Source: a virus. From it: 36,488 nucleotides of DNA. Positions 1 through 9,518 of this stretch are shown here, one piece after another. How positions within the stretch are numbered: the stretch's first letter is position 1; the number at the start of each line of letters is the position of its first letter. The stretch lies in the IMG/VR virus record IMGVR_UViG_3300021076_000041; one strand, written 5' to 3'. The notes beneath the pieces were generated by a model, which was not told the origin of the DNA, did not search any database, and was given only the letters and a program-made list of their open reading frames with translations. The translations under genes and the position numbers were made by a program.

Positions 1-2
1 AT

Positions 3-179
3 CCACTTGATACAGAAACTTGGTACCTTGAAGAAAATTACCCACCCGAAGTTGTTGAAAAATGGTTTGCTAACTTACATCAAGATATCACAATGGGGTA
101 TGTTGAATATTTCAAAAATCAGAAACGATTCTTAATCGAAGCAATTTGGGATTATGAATTTGGCGGTGATAGACAATGA
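3..179 (+). CDS. hypothetical protein, C-terminal fragment (begins upstream of window)
   Basis: Open frame ...PLDTETWYLEENYPPEVVEKWFANLHQDITMGYVEYFKNQKRFLIEAIWDYEFGGDRQ* from the window edge; TGA at 177-179. Confidence 0.6.
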   Translation, partial: PLDTETWYLEENYPPEVVEKWFANLHQDITMGYVEYFKNQKRFLIEAIWDYEFGGDRQ

Positions 180-392
180 TGACGCCGGAAGATGAAGTGT
201 TCATAAGATTGAAATATCCAATCTGCGAATTCCACACAAGTGGAATTTCGATCGATTGGGGGCGATTCATATCCGCCTATTGTTGTTGACCGTTGGTGGG
301 GTAGATTTAGTGATAGCGGACGCTGGGATAGTAATCTATATCAGAAATGGTTGATTGAAGAATTGCTGAACTATGAAGAATCAATTTATTGA
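176..392 (+). CDS. small hypothetical protein, frame-disrupted
   Basis: ATG at 176 overlaps the previous stop; frame MMTPEDEVFIRLKYPICEFHTSG... ends early, and the +1 frame gives ...SIGGDSYPPIVVDRWWGRFSDSGRWDSNLYQKWLIEELLNYEESIY*; no in-frame CGG explains the break. Confidence 0.3.
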
Positions 393-430
393 AAAATAAG
401 TGGGATAGAAATATCCCACTTACCTCTTAT

Positions 431-1292
431 CTATTCATAAATCCTCAATACCTCAGCCACAATGGGATCTCTTTCGATGTGACAGTTTAAGAATTCAGAA
501 ATGGCGATCATTGAACTCTTCTTTGCTTTCAATCGTTTTACAAAATCAGCAAGCCCGTTCTCTTTCTTATGATCGGTTTGATCCAAGTCACCAGTAATGA
601 ACGCTCTGGTATTCTCACCTAATCTTGTCAGCAATAATTTCATACCCGACGGTAATGCGTTCTGAGATTCGTCGAGAATAATAATAGCGTTTTTGAAAGA
701 TCTACCGGCGCATATACATCAATGATGCCAATTCAATCACACCGGTCATCCATCATCTTTGAAAGTGCTGCCTTGCTATAATATTCTTCGAAAATATCCA
801 TTAATGGTTGAACCCAGGGATCCAATTTCTCATTCAATGTCCCCGGTAAGAAACCGTGATTCTCACCTTCAGCACCGAACTGCAGGTCGGACAATGATAA
901 TCTTTTCTACTTCATTTTCACGCAATGCTTTGATTGCTCGCAATACGCTTAAATATGTCTTACCGAGTTCCTGCTGGGCCTACAGCAAATACTATTCTCA
1001 TATTATCATTCAATAACTGACTTATATATGTCTCCTGTGCTGTATTACGCGGTATAAGGTTTACACGATTTACTGGTGCTCTATCAAATTTAAGAACACT
1101 CGTGCTATGAGTTTCGTGAGGTAAGGCTGCGGCTACGCGGGAATTTTTGCGTGGTTTCAAGGTTATACTCCTTTGGGTTGATTTTGGAATAAGAAGACCA
1201 GTGGCGGTATTTTCTGAGGATGTTTTAGTCTTTCGAACTCGAGGGTCCGACACAGGATGAGCAAAGAATGAATCAATAATTTCATTTGTCAT
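431..1292 (-). CDS. phoH: PhoH-like P-loop ATPase, contiguous only if C is skipped at four CGG-T sites
   Basis: Restored sequence ...RIVFAVGPAGT|G|KTYLSVLRAIKALRENEVEKIIIVRPAV|G|AEGENHGFLPG...MMDD|G|VIELASLMYMR|G|RSFKNAIIILDESQNALPSGMKLLLTRLGENTRAFITGDLDQTD...; length 862 = 286 codons + 4 nt. Confidence 0.88.
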
Positions 1293-1341
1293 ACAAGTAT
1301 TTACCATTCTTAGCGAAATTCTTTGTGAACCATACAATATT

Positions 1342-1349
1342 GATAAATA
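1342..1349 (+). promoter_or_regulatory. T4-type late promoter-like octamer GATAAATA
   Basis: GATAAATA about 40 nt upstream of ATG 1385; same octamer recurs in other intergenic gaps. Confidence 0.5.
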
Positions 1350-1384
1350 TACTATAGTGAATATCACAAATCAAAAGGTGAAAT

Positions 1385-1994
1385 ATGAATCAAATTGAGT
1401 TAGACAAAATCAAATCAACTCTCATAAATATCTCCAAAGGTAATTCAGTATTGGATACTTTATTAGAATTTGAAAGAACACTGGACAACACAGAGATATT
1501 CTCATATAAGAATTGGGTACTCGGTGAAGTAGTTGACCGGTCCACATATAGGTAGATATTTCTATACTGTGACTTTGATGTTTCCACGAAAACTAATGCC
1601 CGATCCGAATCGGCCGGCTTGAGACTGACCAAAATTGGCGCTACTGTAACATTCAAGAAAAGTATCTTCAAGAAACCAATCAAGGTCGAAGGACCACAAG
1701 ATTGGAAAGATCCTACTTCGAAGAAAGCTAAAATCATAGATCATCCTATTTGGCTCGTGACTATAGATTTACCAATCAAGTATATTACCCAGGGGCTTGA
1801 AGATATTGAGACAATGATTCAGAAAGATCTCGAACAGGCGAATTCGGATATTGTAGATGCTTATCAAGATGAAGGTCAACCTGCTGATGATTCTCAAGAC
1901 TATGATAACGGTGGCCGGTGATTTCGACAATGACTACAGTGATGACACTGGTGATCAACCACCAGCGCCAGTTGACGACCAGGAGCAACAATAA
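1385..1994 (+). CDS. hypothetical protein (possibly virion-associated) with four CGG-Y +1 shift sites
   Basis: Restored MNQIELDKIKS...WVLGEVVD|G|PHIGRYFYTVTLMFPRKLMPDPN|G||G|LRLTKIGATVTFKKS...DNGG|G|DFDNDYSDDTGDQPPAPVDDQEQQ*; length 610 = 202 codons + 4 nt; stop overlaps the next ATG. Confidence 0.75.
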
Positions 1995-2749
1995 TGAGCC
2001 TCCAGCACAATGATTTGAAAAATACCATTCAACCAATCATTACTCTTGATGATTTCAAACCAAAGGCACGGCAATGATCCCGATGTCATCGTAGTAGCTT
2101 TCTATTTCAATGAAGAAGACCCTGCTAAGGATTTGAACACTTTCATTCAGCGCCGGTTTCATTGACACGCTTGATGTTGAGGTAAGTCCAAACACAGATG
2201 AGGATCGGTCGATATTTGGTCTTCATAGAAATGGGAAGAGACGCCACCTTTCCAAACAAATTCAGAGCATTGATAAAAGATATTGAAAATCTTACAGGTA
2301 AGGTAAAGTGGAAAGTAAGAACCTATCTTTCAAATGATAGAGAATTTGAAATCAATGATCCAGAAATATACAAATTTATCATCCTCGAACCAAAAAAATA
2401 CGTTACCAAGGCAGAATTCAAAATGGATACAATAAAAGAGAGTGTCATCAACTTTTTCAGAACTTCAATGGTGTCAGACTTGACAACCCAAAATAACTAT
2501 GTTACACTAATACAAGGTCATAATAAAATAGTAGCAGAGGTTGTTGATTTTGGTGATTATGATACAGTGATTGGTAGAAATTTCTTATCAGAGTCTGCCT
2601 TCAAACTTACACAAATTCCATATGAGGTAAAGATGTTGGAATCTATGTTAGGTAATTGTGGGGTCACCCCGGTAGATAAATTTCTACTAATTACTCGTGG
2701 TGATGATGTGATGTTGCTAAGAAACACGCATATCAGTTATGGTAGATAA
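1994..2749 (+). CDS. hypothetical protein with three CGG-Y +1 shift sites
   Basis: Restored MSLQHNDLKNTIQPIITLDDFKPKA|G|NDPDVIVVAFYFNEEDPAKDLNTFIQR|G|FIDTLDVEVSPNTDED|G|RYLVFIEMGRD...; length 756 = 251 codons + 3 nt. Confidence 0.75.
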
Positions 2750-2782
2750 GAATTAAATATAAAAAAAGAATAGGAGAATAGA

Positions 2783-2998
2783 TTGGCCAAAGAGGAATGT
2801 ATAGTATTAAAAGGTCGTGTCACTGACGCAGCACCCGGAGCAAAATTCAAGGTAAGACTTGAAAACGGGCATTTAATCAATGCTATTATCAGTGGTAAAA
2901 TTCGAAAGAATAATATCCAAATTCTGCTGGATGACGAAGTTGAAATTGAAATGAGTTTATACGACTTGACACTTGGTAGAATAAGTTATCGTTTCTAA
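2783..2998 (+). CDS. infA: translation initiation factor IF-1 homologue
   Basis: [71 protein letters not shown] matches the IF-1 pattern (MAKE...G.V....P...F.V.LENGH...A.ISGK.RKN.I.IL..D.V..E...YDL..GRI.YR); TTG start. Confidence 0.9.
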   Translation: MAKEECIVLKGRVTDAAPGAKFKVRLENGHLINAIISGKIRKNNIQILLDDEVEIEMSLYDLTLGRISYRF

Positions 2999-3006
2999 GA
3001 GAAATT

Positions 3007-3828
3007 ATGCCTACACCATCAGACTTTTATAGTATCCTTGGTGTCACCAAAGATTCAACTCAAGATGAGATAAAGAAATCCTATCGAAAGAAGGCGATGG
3101 AATTCCACCCCGATCGTAATAATAATCCGGGTGCCGAAGCCAAATTCAAAGAAGTCAAAGAAGCATATGAAACCCTAAGTGATGAGTCGAAGAAAGGTAT
3201 TTACGATTCGCAAGGGCAGAATACTGGCAATAGAACCACCAGCGGCAATCCATTTGCTAACTGGCATAATTTCTCCGGGTCGCCAGACTTCACAAATGAT
3301 GATTTATCGGATCTATATAATTCGTGGCGTCGTCGAGAAGCCGAAACCGCTCAGCAGAAGAAAACCAAGACAACAATTACAATCACCTTAGAACAAGCAT
3401 ACGGTGGTGTCACAATTCCATTTAACAATGAAGTTCTAAGAGTTCCACCAGGTGTAAGAACTGGTAGCAAATTATTCGTTCAGTCGACAATCATAGACAT
3501 AATTGTTCAACCACATACCAAATTCAAAAGAACGAATGATGATTTATTAGTTGATATCTTTATCTCAGTCTTCGAGTCTGTGTTAGGTATTGATAATGTC
3601 ACTTTAACTCATCTCGATGGTAAAAAATTCCAGTTTAGCATTCCGAAAGGATTACAACATAATCAGGTTATTCGTCTTTCGAAGAAAGGAATGCCAAACC
3701 CAGAGACAAGCCGTTATGGTGATTTAATGGTTCGATGTAATGTAGTAATGCCATCAGGAACACTGACAGCAGAACAGAAAGAGATTTTGGAGAAGTTGTT
3801 TTTAACCAGGAAGTCGATTGACCTTTAA
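3007..3828 (+). CDS. dnaJ: DnaJ/CbpA-like J-domain co-chaperone
   Basis: J-domain [33 protein letters not shown] with HPD; C-terminal substrate-binding-like domain; no cysteine zinc finger. Confidence 0.9.
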   Translation: MPTPSDFYSILGVTKDSTQDEIKKSYRKKAMEFHPDRNNNPGAEAKFKEVKEAYETLSDESKKGIYDSQGQNTGNRTTSGNPFANWHNFSGSPDFTNDDLSDLYNSWRRREAETAQQKKTKTTITITLEQAYGGVTIPFNNEVLRVPPGVRTGSKLFVQSTIIDIIVQPHTKFKRTNDDLLVDIFISVFESVLGIDNVTLTHLDGKKFQFSIPKGLQHNQVIRLSKKGMPNPETSRYGDLMVRCNVVMPSGTLTAEQKEILEKLFLTRKSIDL

Positions 3829-3838
3829 GGAAGAAAAA

Positions 3839-6076
3839 ATGAGCAACAAGAGAGTTGATAAGATGGTTGAACGAGCGCTGAATTTGGCGCAAGATAATTG
3901 TCACGAATATGTGACACTGGAACATATTCTGCTGTCATTGCTTTCAGAGAAAGATATCAGTGATCTGCTACTTGGTATCGGTGCGCAGCCAAACAAGATC
4001 AAGAGTGAAATGATAAAGCAACTCGAAGATCCATCAAACAAGAAACCGGAGCATCTTCGCCACCTTCCGGTCAAAAGGACACAGGCAGTTCAAAGAACTT
4101 GGCAACGAGCATTAACTCAAGTATTGGTAAGTAGCCAATCAGAACTTTCACTCGAAGGATTGCTGATCAGTATCCTAAGTGAAGAAGAAAGCCACGCTTG
4201 CTACCAGTTGAAGATAAATGGTGTGACCAGAGAGAAATTGGCTAACTTCCTTAGGAAGCAAATGGAGAAAGGAAAAACACCCGATGAAACATTCCTAAGT
4301 CAGTATTGTCGCAATCTCAATGAAGATAGCAAGAACGGACTTGTCGACCCAGTGATTGGTAGAGAGAAAGAAATCACCGAAATTATTGAAATCGCAGCAA
4401 GAAGAAAGAAAAATAATTCCGTGCTTGTAGGGCACCCGGGTTGCGGGAAGACTGCAGTTTTGGAAGGCCTTGCTAAGAAAATTGTCGACAAAGAAGTGCC
4501 AAAAGCACTACTTGATAAGACAGTTTATAGTCTCGACATTGCTTCCTTACTCGCTGGAACAAAATTCCGTGGTGATTTCGAGGAGCGCCTGAAAGGTGTG
4601 CTAAATGAAATCGAGAAGACAGGAAATATTATTCTGTTCATTGACGAAATCCATATGATTATGGGTGCGGGATCATCTTCCGGTTCCGCAATGGACGCTG
4701 CCAATATGCTGAAGCCATTGTTAGCAAAGGGTAAGTTGATGTGTGTCGGTGCTACCACAGAAGACGAGTATGTCACTCACTTCGAGAAAGACAAGGCATT
4801 GCTACGCAGATTCCAGAAGGTAGATATTCATCCGCCAAGCGTCGAAGATTCTAAGAGAATTCTGAAAGGAATAGAGAAGTATTATGCTGAATTTCACAAA
4901 GTAACATATGAACCCGGAACACTAGATGAATGTGTCGATCTTAGTGTCAGGTATATGAAGAATAAATTCCTACCAGACAAGGCAATTGACATTATGGATA
5001 GTGCCGGTGCAAGAGCAAAACTGGCAGATAAGACAATCGTCGATCAGGATATGATACTACAGGTAGTTTCAAAGGTATCAAAGATTCCACTCAATATGAT
5101 TGATGTCAAAGAAAATACCGCATTGGAGAACTTAGCAGCTAGAGTTAAGAACAAGGTGTTTGGTCAGGACTTGGCAATTGACGCATTGGTTGAAGCAATC
5201 AATATATCAAAGTCAGGATTACGCGAGCCAGGCAAGCCAATTGGTAATTTCCTATTCTTAGGTGCTACGGGTGTGGGGAAAACTTACGTATGTAAGAGAC
5301 TATCCGAAGAACTTGGTGTCAAGTTAGTAAGGTTTGATATGAGTGAATATCAAGAAAGTCACTCAGTGTCAAAACTGATTGGCGCGCCACCAGGCTATGT
5401 TGGATTCGGTGAAGGTAAGATTGGTGATGGATTGTTGATTAGCGAAATTAAAAACAATCCAAACTGTGTGTTGTTGCTTGATGAAATTGAAAAAGCAGCA
5501 CCAGAAATCTATACCATTCTGCTTCAAGTAATGGATGATGGTCGATGCACTTCGAGCAAAGGTGACACGATTGATTTCAGTAATGTAATTTTGATTATGA
5601 CTTCAAATCTTGGTGCTGCTGATTCTGAAAAGAATCGTATTGGATTTGGTCATCAAAATAGCAATACTGACACTGTGGTTGATGAGGCAGTAAAGAAATT
5701 CTTTGCTCCGGAATTTAGAAATCGAATTGATAATATTGTCAAGTTTAATAAATTGACAATGGTAGAAATGTATCTCATTATCAATGCTGAATTTGATAAA
5801 ACCAATCAACTACTTGTTGATAAGAATATCACTGTCAATCTTACCACAGAGGCAAGAGAATGGTTTGCTAAGAATGGTTATGATCCATTGTTTGGTGCGC
5901 GACCATTTAACAGACTGTGGCAGGACAAGGTTAAGAAGCAATTGTCGAAAGAGATATTGTTCGGTTGCCTGAAGAATGGTGGCAGAGCAAATATTACAGT
6001 GAAAGATGATGACATTCTTATCACACCAATTGAGAATGTCATTGCTGATCTTTCAGATATTATTGATTCGCTTTAA
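3839..6076 (+). CDS. clpA: ClpA/ClpC-like AAA+ unfoldase
   Basis: Two Walker A motifs (GHPGCGKT, GATGVGKT), Clp N-domain-like start, DMSEYQESHSVSKLIGAPPGYVGF, IGFGH loop, C-terminal DPLFGARPFNRLWQ; no in-frame CGG. Confidence 0.93.
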   Translation: MSNKRVDKMVERALNLAQDNCHEYVTLEHILLSLLSEKDISDLLLGIGAQPNKIKSEMIKQLEDPSNKKPEHLRHLPVKRTQAVQRTWQRALTQVLVSSQSELSLEGLLISILSEEESHACYQLKINGVTREKLANFLRKQMEKGKTPDETFLSQYCRNLNEDSKNGLVDPVIGREKEITEIIEIAARRKKNNSVLVGHPGCGKTAVLEGLAKKIVDKEVPKALLDKTVYSLDIASLLAGTKFRGDFEERLKGVLNEIEKTGNIILFIDEIHMIMGAGSSSGSAMDAANMLKPLLAKGKLMCVGATTEDEYVTHFEKDKALLRRFQKVDIHPPSVEDSKRILKGIEKYYAEFHKVTYEPGTLDECVDLSVRYMKNKFLPDKAIDIMDSAGARAKLADKTIVDQDMILQVVSKVSKIPLNMIDVKENTALENLAARVKNKVFGQDLAIDALVEAINISKSGLREPGKPIGNFLFLGATGVGKTYVCKRLSEELGVKLVRFDMSEYQESHSVSKLIGAPPGYVGFGEGKIGDGLLISEIKNNPNCVLLLDEIEKAAPEIYTILLQVMDDGRCTSSKGDTIDFSNVILIMTSNLGAADSEKNRIGFGHQNSNTDTVVDEAVKKFFAPEFRNRIDNIVKFNKLTMVEMYLIINAEFDKTNQLLVDKNITVNLTTEAREWFAKNGYDPLFGARPFNRLWQDKVKKQLSKEILFGCLKNGGRANITVKDDDILITPIENVIADLSDIIDSL

Positions 6077-6087
6077 TTCACTGAATC

Positions 6088-6113
6088 GCCGGCCAGCTAT
6101 GTTCACGGCCGGC
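6088..6113. terminator. GC-rich hairpin between convergent genes
   Basis: GCCGGCC (6088-6094) / GGCCGGC (6107-6113), 12-nt loop, in the convergent junction. Confidence 0.5.
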
Positions 6114-6748
6114 AAATTGGATCAGTGATGACAAGTTGCGGGCCGTGTGAGGTTGGTCGAATCATCAAGTTGTCAGTGTGAATATCTGACTGAAATAGAT
6201 TATTCATTTTAGTCAGATGGTGAATTTCTTTTAATGCCTGTATCAATCGCGGATCCTTAATATTGGAAAATTTACCGTAATGCCAAACTACTATCAAGTA
6301 GCTCCGAAATAGAGACGCAAATGTCGGCTTCCGGTGGCAATGTTTCATCCCAAAGATCCAATCTCATATAGTCACTAAGGTTATCAACCATTCTCTTTCC
6401 AAGTTCTATTAAAACTTCGGAAGAGAAACTATCAAACTTCTGTAATCTCTCGATTCGGTAAGTTGGCCTTACTTCGCCATCTTCGGTTGTTTCTAGATCG
6501 ACATTATACACTCGGGGGAAATATGGATTCTCGGAAGATAATTGTCTATCGGCAATCGCCTTGATATATGTATAGTATGGATCATCTTTAAGGCGGTATT
6601 TCAATTGTTTATCTTTCTTCATTACCATATGCTCGTCGGGATCATTTGAGACCGACGAATACTTACCTAATCCGATCTCATTACTTTGGTCAAGCGGTTC
6701 GTAAGGCTTGACGCCAAATTGTGTGCTGATGATTTCGGATAGTTTCAT
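6103..6748 (-). CDS. protein kinase-like/phosphotransferase-like phage protein, one or two CGG-Y shifts
   Basis: MKLSEIISTQFGVKPYEP...LDSSLAL|G|KFSNIKDPRLIQALKEIHHLTKMNNLFQSDIHTDNLMIRP...LVITDPI; SDIHTDNLMIR resembles a kinase catalytic loop. Shift at minus-strand CGG 6277-6275; the end may extend to 6078 if the CGG-C at 6111-6109 also shifts. Confidence 0.6.
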
Positions 6749-6780
6749 ATCATTATTTATCATCGCATCAATGCATAACA

Positions 6781-6809
6781 GATAAATACATATATGCGAA
6801 TGATAAATA
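6781..6809 (+). promoter_or_regulatory. two late promoter-like GATAAATA octamers
   Basis: GATAAATA at 6781-6788 and 6802-6809 upstream of the 6840 gene. Confidence 0.5.
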
Positions 6810-6839
6810 CAGTAGTGAATCAGGAGAAAGAAAATTTCA

Positions 6840-7278
6840 TTGAATAAATCAGTACTGATGATGGCGAATACTGGCACAGAGTGGAATCTCATCGGCGTTC
6901 CTACACGCGCAGATTCATTCTATGGATACACTGATGGACTTCACACTGTTCAAATTGTGTATCAGAATTTCGTAGGTGGCTTTGGTATTCAAGGAACGCT
7001 TGCCTTAGATCCTAAGCCTGAGGATTGGTTTTGGATCCAACTGAACCCGAACGGTCAATCATTCTATCCATATTTGACATACCCACTCAATCCGTTATAC
7101 CCGACTGGATCAAATGGTGGTGATACAGGATCAATGGCATTTACTTTCATTGGTAATTTTGTGTTTCTGCGAACAGTAATGACAAGAGATTATATCCAAC
7201 CTGGTCCAGGACCCGGTCAATTGACTTGGACTGATTGGATATGGCGGCCAAATTGATAAAGTTCTACTCAGTCTATAA
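6840..7278 (+). CDS. putative virion protein; CGG-C shift near 3' end
   Basis: ...TWTDWIW|G|QIDKVLLSL*; shift at CGG 7245 leads to TAA 7276-7278. Real start may be ATG 6861. Confidence 0.6.
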
Positions 7279-7290
7279 AGGAAGAATAAT

Positions 7291-7940
7291 ATGATTTCTG
7301 GTCAAAATACCATTCTCAACAATTTTGTACCAACCTTTGCTATCAATAATATAATTGGTGGTCAAACATTGGTCTACGATCCAATTAGACAGGCATTTGT
7401 CAATTCATTTCAAGGCGGAAATAATAGAATGAAATCATTCATAACTGTAAATCAAACATTGGTAAGACCGGCGAATACTACTGCTTACGCTGCCTTCTCT
7501 GTTATTTCAAATTCTACGACAACACCGATAGTGATAACCTTTCCATACACGGTAAGTTATCCTGGTGGTTCAGGAATAATTAGTTACTCCGCATTGTCTA
7601 CAAACCAAGTTACAAATCGCGGCGGCTATAGTCTCTTTCTGTTTAATGAACCACCTACACCAATTAATGATGGAAGTCCGTTCGCAATTATGTGGGCATA
7701 TAACAGCACTTTAATTGGTGCTATTCAATATTATCTTGGTACTGAATTTAACGGAGATTCAAGCCCCGGTGATTGTGCTTATTCTATTGACCGGTTTGAG
7801 TATCGAAAACCGGCACTGGCGTCCTACCATTTAACTGTGCTTGTGGATCGCAAGCCATTTATGGAATACTCGTGGGTAGTGGCTTCACCCCAAACAGCGG
7901 TCAGAGTTTCTTTATGTCTTTAACCATCCAAGAAACCTAA
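7291..7940 (+). CDS. putative virion protein; two CGG-Y shifts
   Basis: AGGAAG before ATG; restored ...GDCAYSID|G|LSIEN|G|TGVLPFNCACGSQAIYGILVGSGFTPNSGQSFFMSLTIQET*; length 650 = 216 codons + 2 nt. Confidence 0.65.
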
Positions 7941-7963
7941 GAAAGTGAAATCCTTCAGATTTA

Positions 7964-7971
7964 GATAAATA
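7964..7971 (+). promoter_or_regulatory. late promoter-like octamer GATAAATA
   Basis: Located in the gap before the 8020 small membrane gene. Confidence 0.45.
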
Positions 7972-8019
7972 TATGAAAGGAATACTCCTTTCATAATTCT
8001 TAAATCGGGAGAAATCAGG

Positions 8020-8196
8020 ATGGATCATTCGAAATTCAGTGATGCTGTTGTTGCATTTATCGCAGTTGTATTAAATCTTCATTTGTATCTTCCGGTACTC
8101 AATGAATGTGTGACACTCTTAGTTGGTATTGCTACTTTGATTTATTTCATTCTGAAAATCTATGATCGTTTTCATCCTAAGAAAGACGGTAAATAA
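8020..8196 (+). CDS. small membrane protein
   Basis: MDHSKFSDAVVAFIAVVLNLHLYLPVLNECVTLLVGIATLIYFILKIYDRFHPKKDGK*; two hydrophobic segments; AGGA upstream. Confidence 0.6.
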   Translation: MDHSKFSDAVVAFIAVVLNLHLYLPVLNECVTLLVGIATLIYFILKIYDRFHPKKDGK

Positions 8197-8202
8197 GAAA
8201 AT

Positions 8203-8231
8203 TTGACTTCTGCCAAAAATCCTGCTATACT
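8203..8231 (+). promoter_or_regulatory. sigma70-like promoter
   Basis: TTGACT-17 nt-TATACT with TGC extended -10. Confidence 0.6.
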
Positions 8232-8237
8232 GTTAAA

Positions 8238-8245
8238 GATAAATA
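8238..8245 (+). promoter_or_regulatory. late promoter-like octamer GATAAATA
   Basis: GATAAATA upstream of ATG 8264. Confidence 0.4.
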
Positions 8246-8263
8246 CAATATAGCAGGATTTCT

Positions 8264-8809
8264 ATGAAGACGGTAATATTCACATTTGGAAGATTTGCGC
8301 CACCAACAAAGGCCCATATCAAACTATTCCAGAAAATTATTACTCTTTCAAAAGAATCAAAATCTGATTATAAGATATTTCTGTCACAGACATATAATAG
8401 AAAGACAGATCCGCTAAAATGGAAATTCAAGAGACAGATTATCAAATCGTGTATTCTGAAAATTCACATTTCGAAAGATCTTCGGATCAAAACACCATTT
8501 AATGCCTTAGAGGAACTCTCCAAACAGGGATACAAGAAGGTGATAATGATTGTCGGTAGCGACAGAGTTGAAGAATTTGAGACCAGAATGAATATATATG
8601 CTACAAAATGGGGCATTGAAGAATTTGAGGTAAGGACTTTTGGTAAGAGAGATTCGTCTGCTAAAGGTATTGCTGGTATAAGTTCTTCAAAATTGCGACA
8701 GTTTGTAGTTGATAATGATAAGAAGAAATTCTTCAATGACTTACCTGATCAATTAGATAAGAAATGGAAGAGAAAGATATTTAAGAAATGTAAGAAGAAT
8801 TTGATATAA
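8264..8809 (+). CDS. nucleotidyltransferase of the cytidylyltransferase/NMNAT-like fold
   Basis: FTFGRFAPPTKAHIKLF (HxGH-like) and IAGISSSKLRQFV (ISSTxxR-like) motifs. In-frame CGG-A at 8483 is read through. Confidence 0.75.
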   Translation: MKTVIFTFGRFAPPTKAHIKLFQKIITLSKESKSDYKIFLSQTYNRKTDPLKWKFKRQIIKSCILKIHISKDLRIKTPFNALEELSKQGYKKVIMIVGSDRVEEFETRMNIYATKWGIEEFEVRTFGKRDSSAKGIAGISSSKLRQFVVDNDKKKFFNDLPDQLDKKWKRKIFKKCKKNLI

Positions 8810-8819
8810 GGTTCAAGGA

Positions 8820-9408
8820 ATGAAAATCGTCGAATTACTAAGACCGAAAGTATTCAAGGATAATAGCCTATTGTCAAAGGAAGATGCTCTACGAGAATTG
8901 AGTTTGATCTCAAAGAGAATTAATCACTATTCCGACAAATTAAATTCGAAAGATCTCAAATCGAAAGAAAGAAGTTTCTATAAAAAGAATCTCGAAAAGG
9001 ATCTGAAAGCAGTAAAAGAACTAACAGAAAAACTCACCGAAAGTATTATGGTAGAATCAGTTCATAAGATTCCAATGTCTGACAGCGAACTTGAAGAATT
9101 GAAACATCGCCTTGACGGACCAATACCCGCAGAGATTGCTACTATCATATTAGATGATATCCTGATGTCAGATGAATTGACAGATGAATATCAGCAAGTA
9201 GCACAAAGAAATCCTAACCAAGATGTTCGACCAATCGTCATAAAATGGCTCGAGCTCAATATGCCATCTCAAATAAGCAAATTCACTCGGTGCTTCTGAT
9301 CCAGATCACTTGATTCACGGAATATTCTCGCCAATACACGGCTATCCTGTTCCAAACCCACGCAGTTCCACTACTGGCACACCAGGTAATGCTGTAGGCC
9401 GTTTTTAA
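8820..9408 (+). CDS. hypothetical protein with CGG-T shift
   Basis: ...SQISKFT|G|ASDPDHLIHGIFSPIHGYPVPNPRSSTTGTPGNAVGRF*; length 589 = 196 codons + 1 nt. Confidence 0.7.
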
Positions 9409-9440
9409 TTCAATATACAAAGTAAATTCACAATGATTAC

Positions 9441-9472
9441 TTGACATCCGCGTCAAGTATGTGTTATTATAC
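9441..9472 (+). promoter_or_regulatory. sigma70-like promoter
   Basis: TTGACA ... TATTATAC upstream of ATG 9519. Confidence 0.55.
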
Positions 9473-9518
9473 AATACAAGCAATAGAGAATCACCCAATT
9501 TATCACAAGGAGAATAAT

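Noticed and set aside
431-1292. PhoH as a decayed pseudogene
   Set aside because: Amino acid motifs are intact and the four breaks share one signature; decay would give mixed indels, stops and substitutions.
7291-7923. Possible CCC-C shift near 7889-7892 to reach the SGQSFFMSLTI frame
   Set aside because: The two CGG-Y shifts at 7792 and 7811 already give the required frame and a more coherent sequence throughout.
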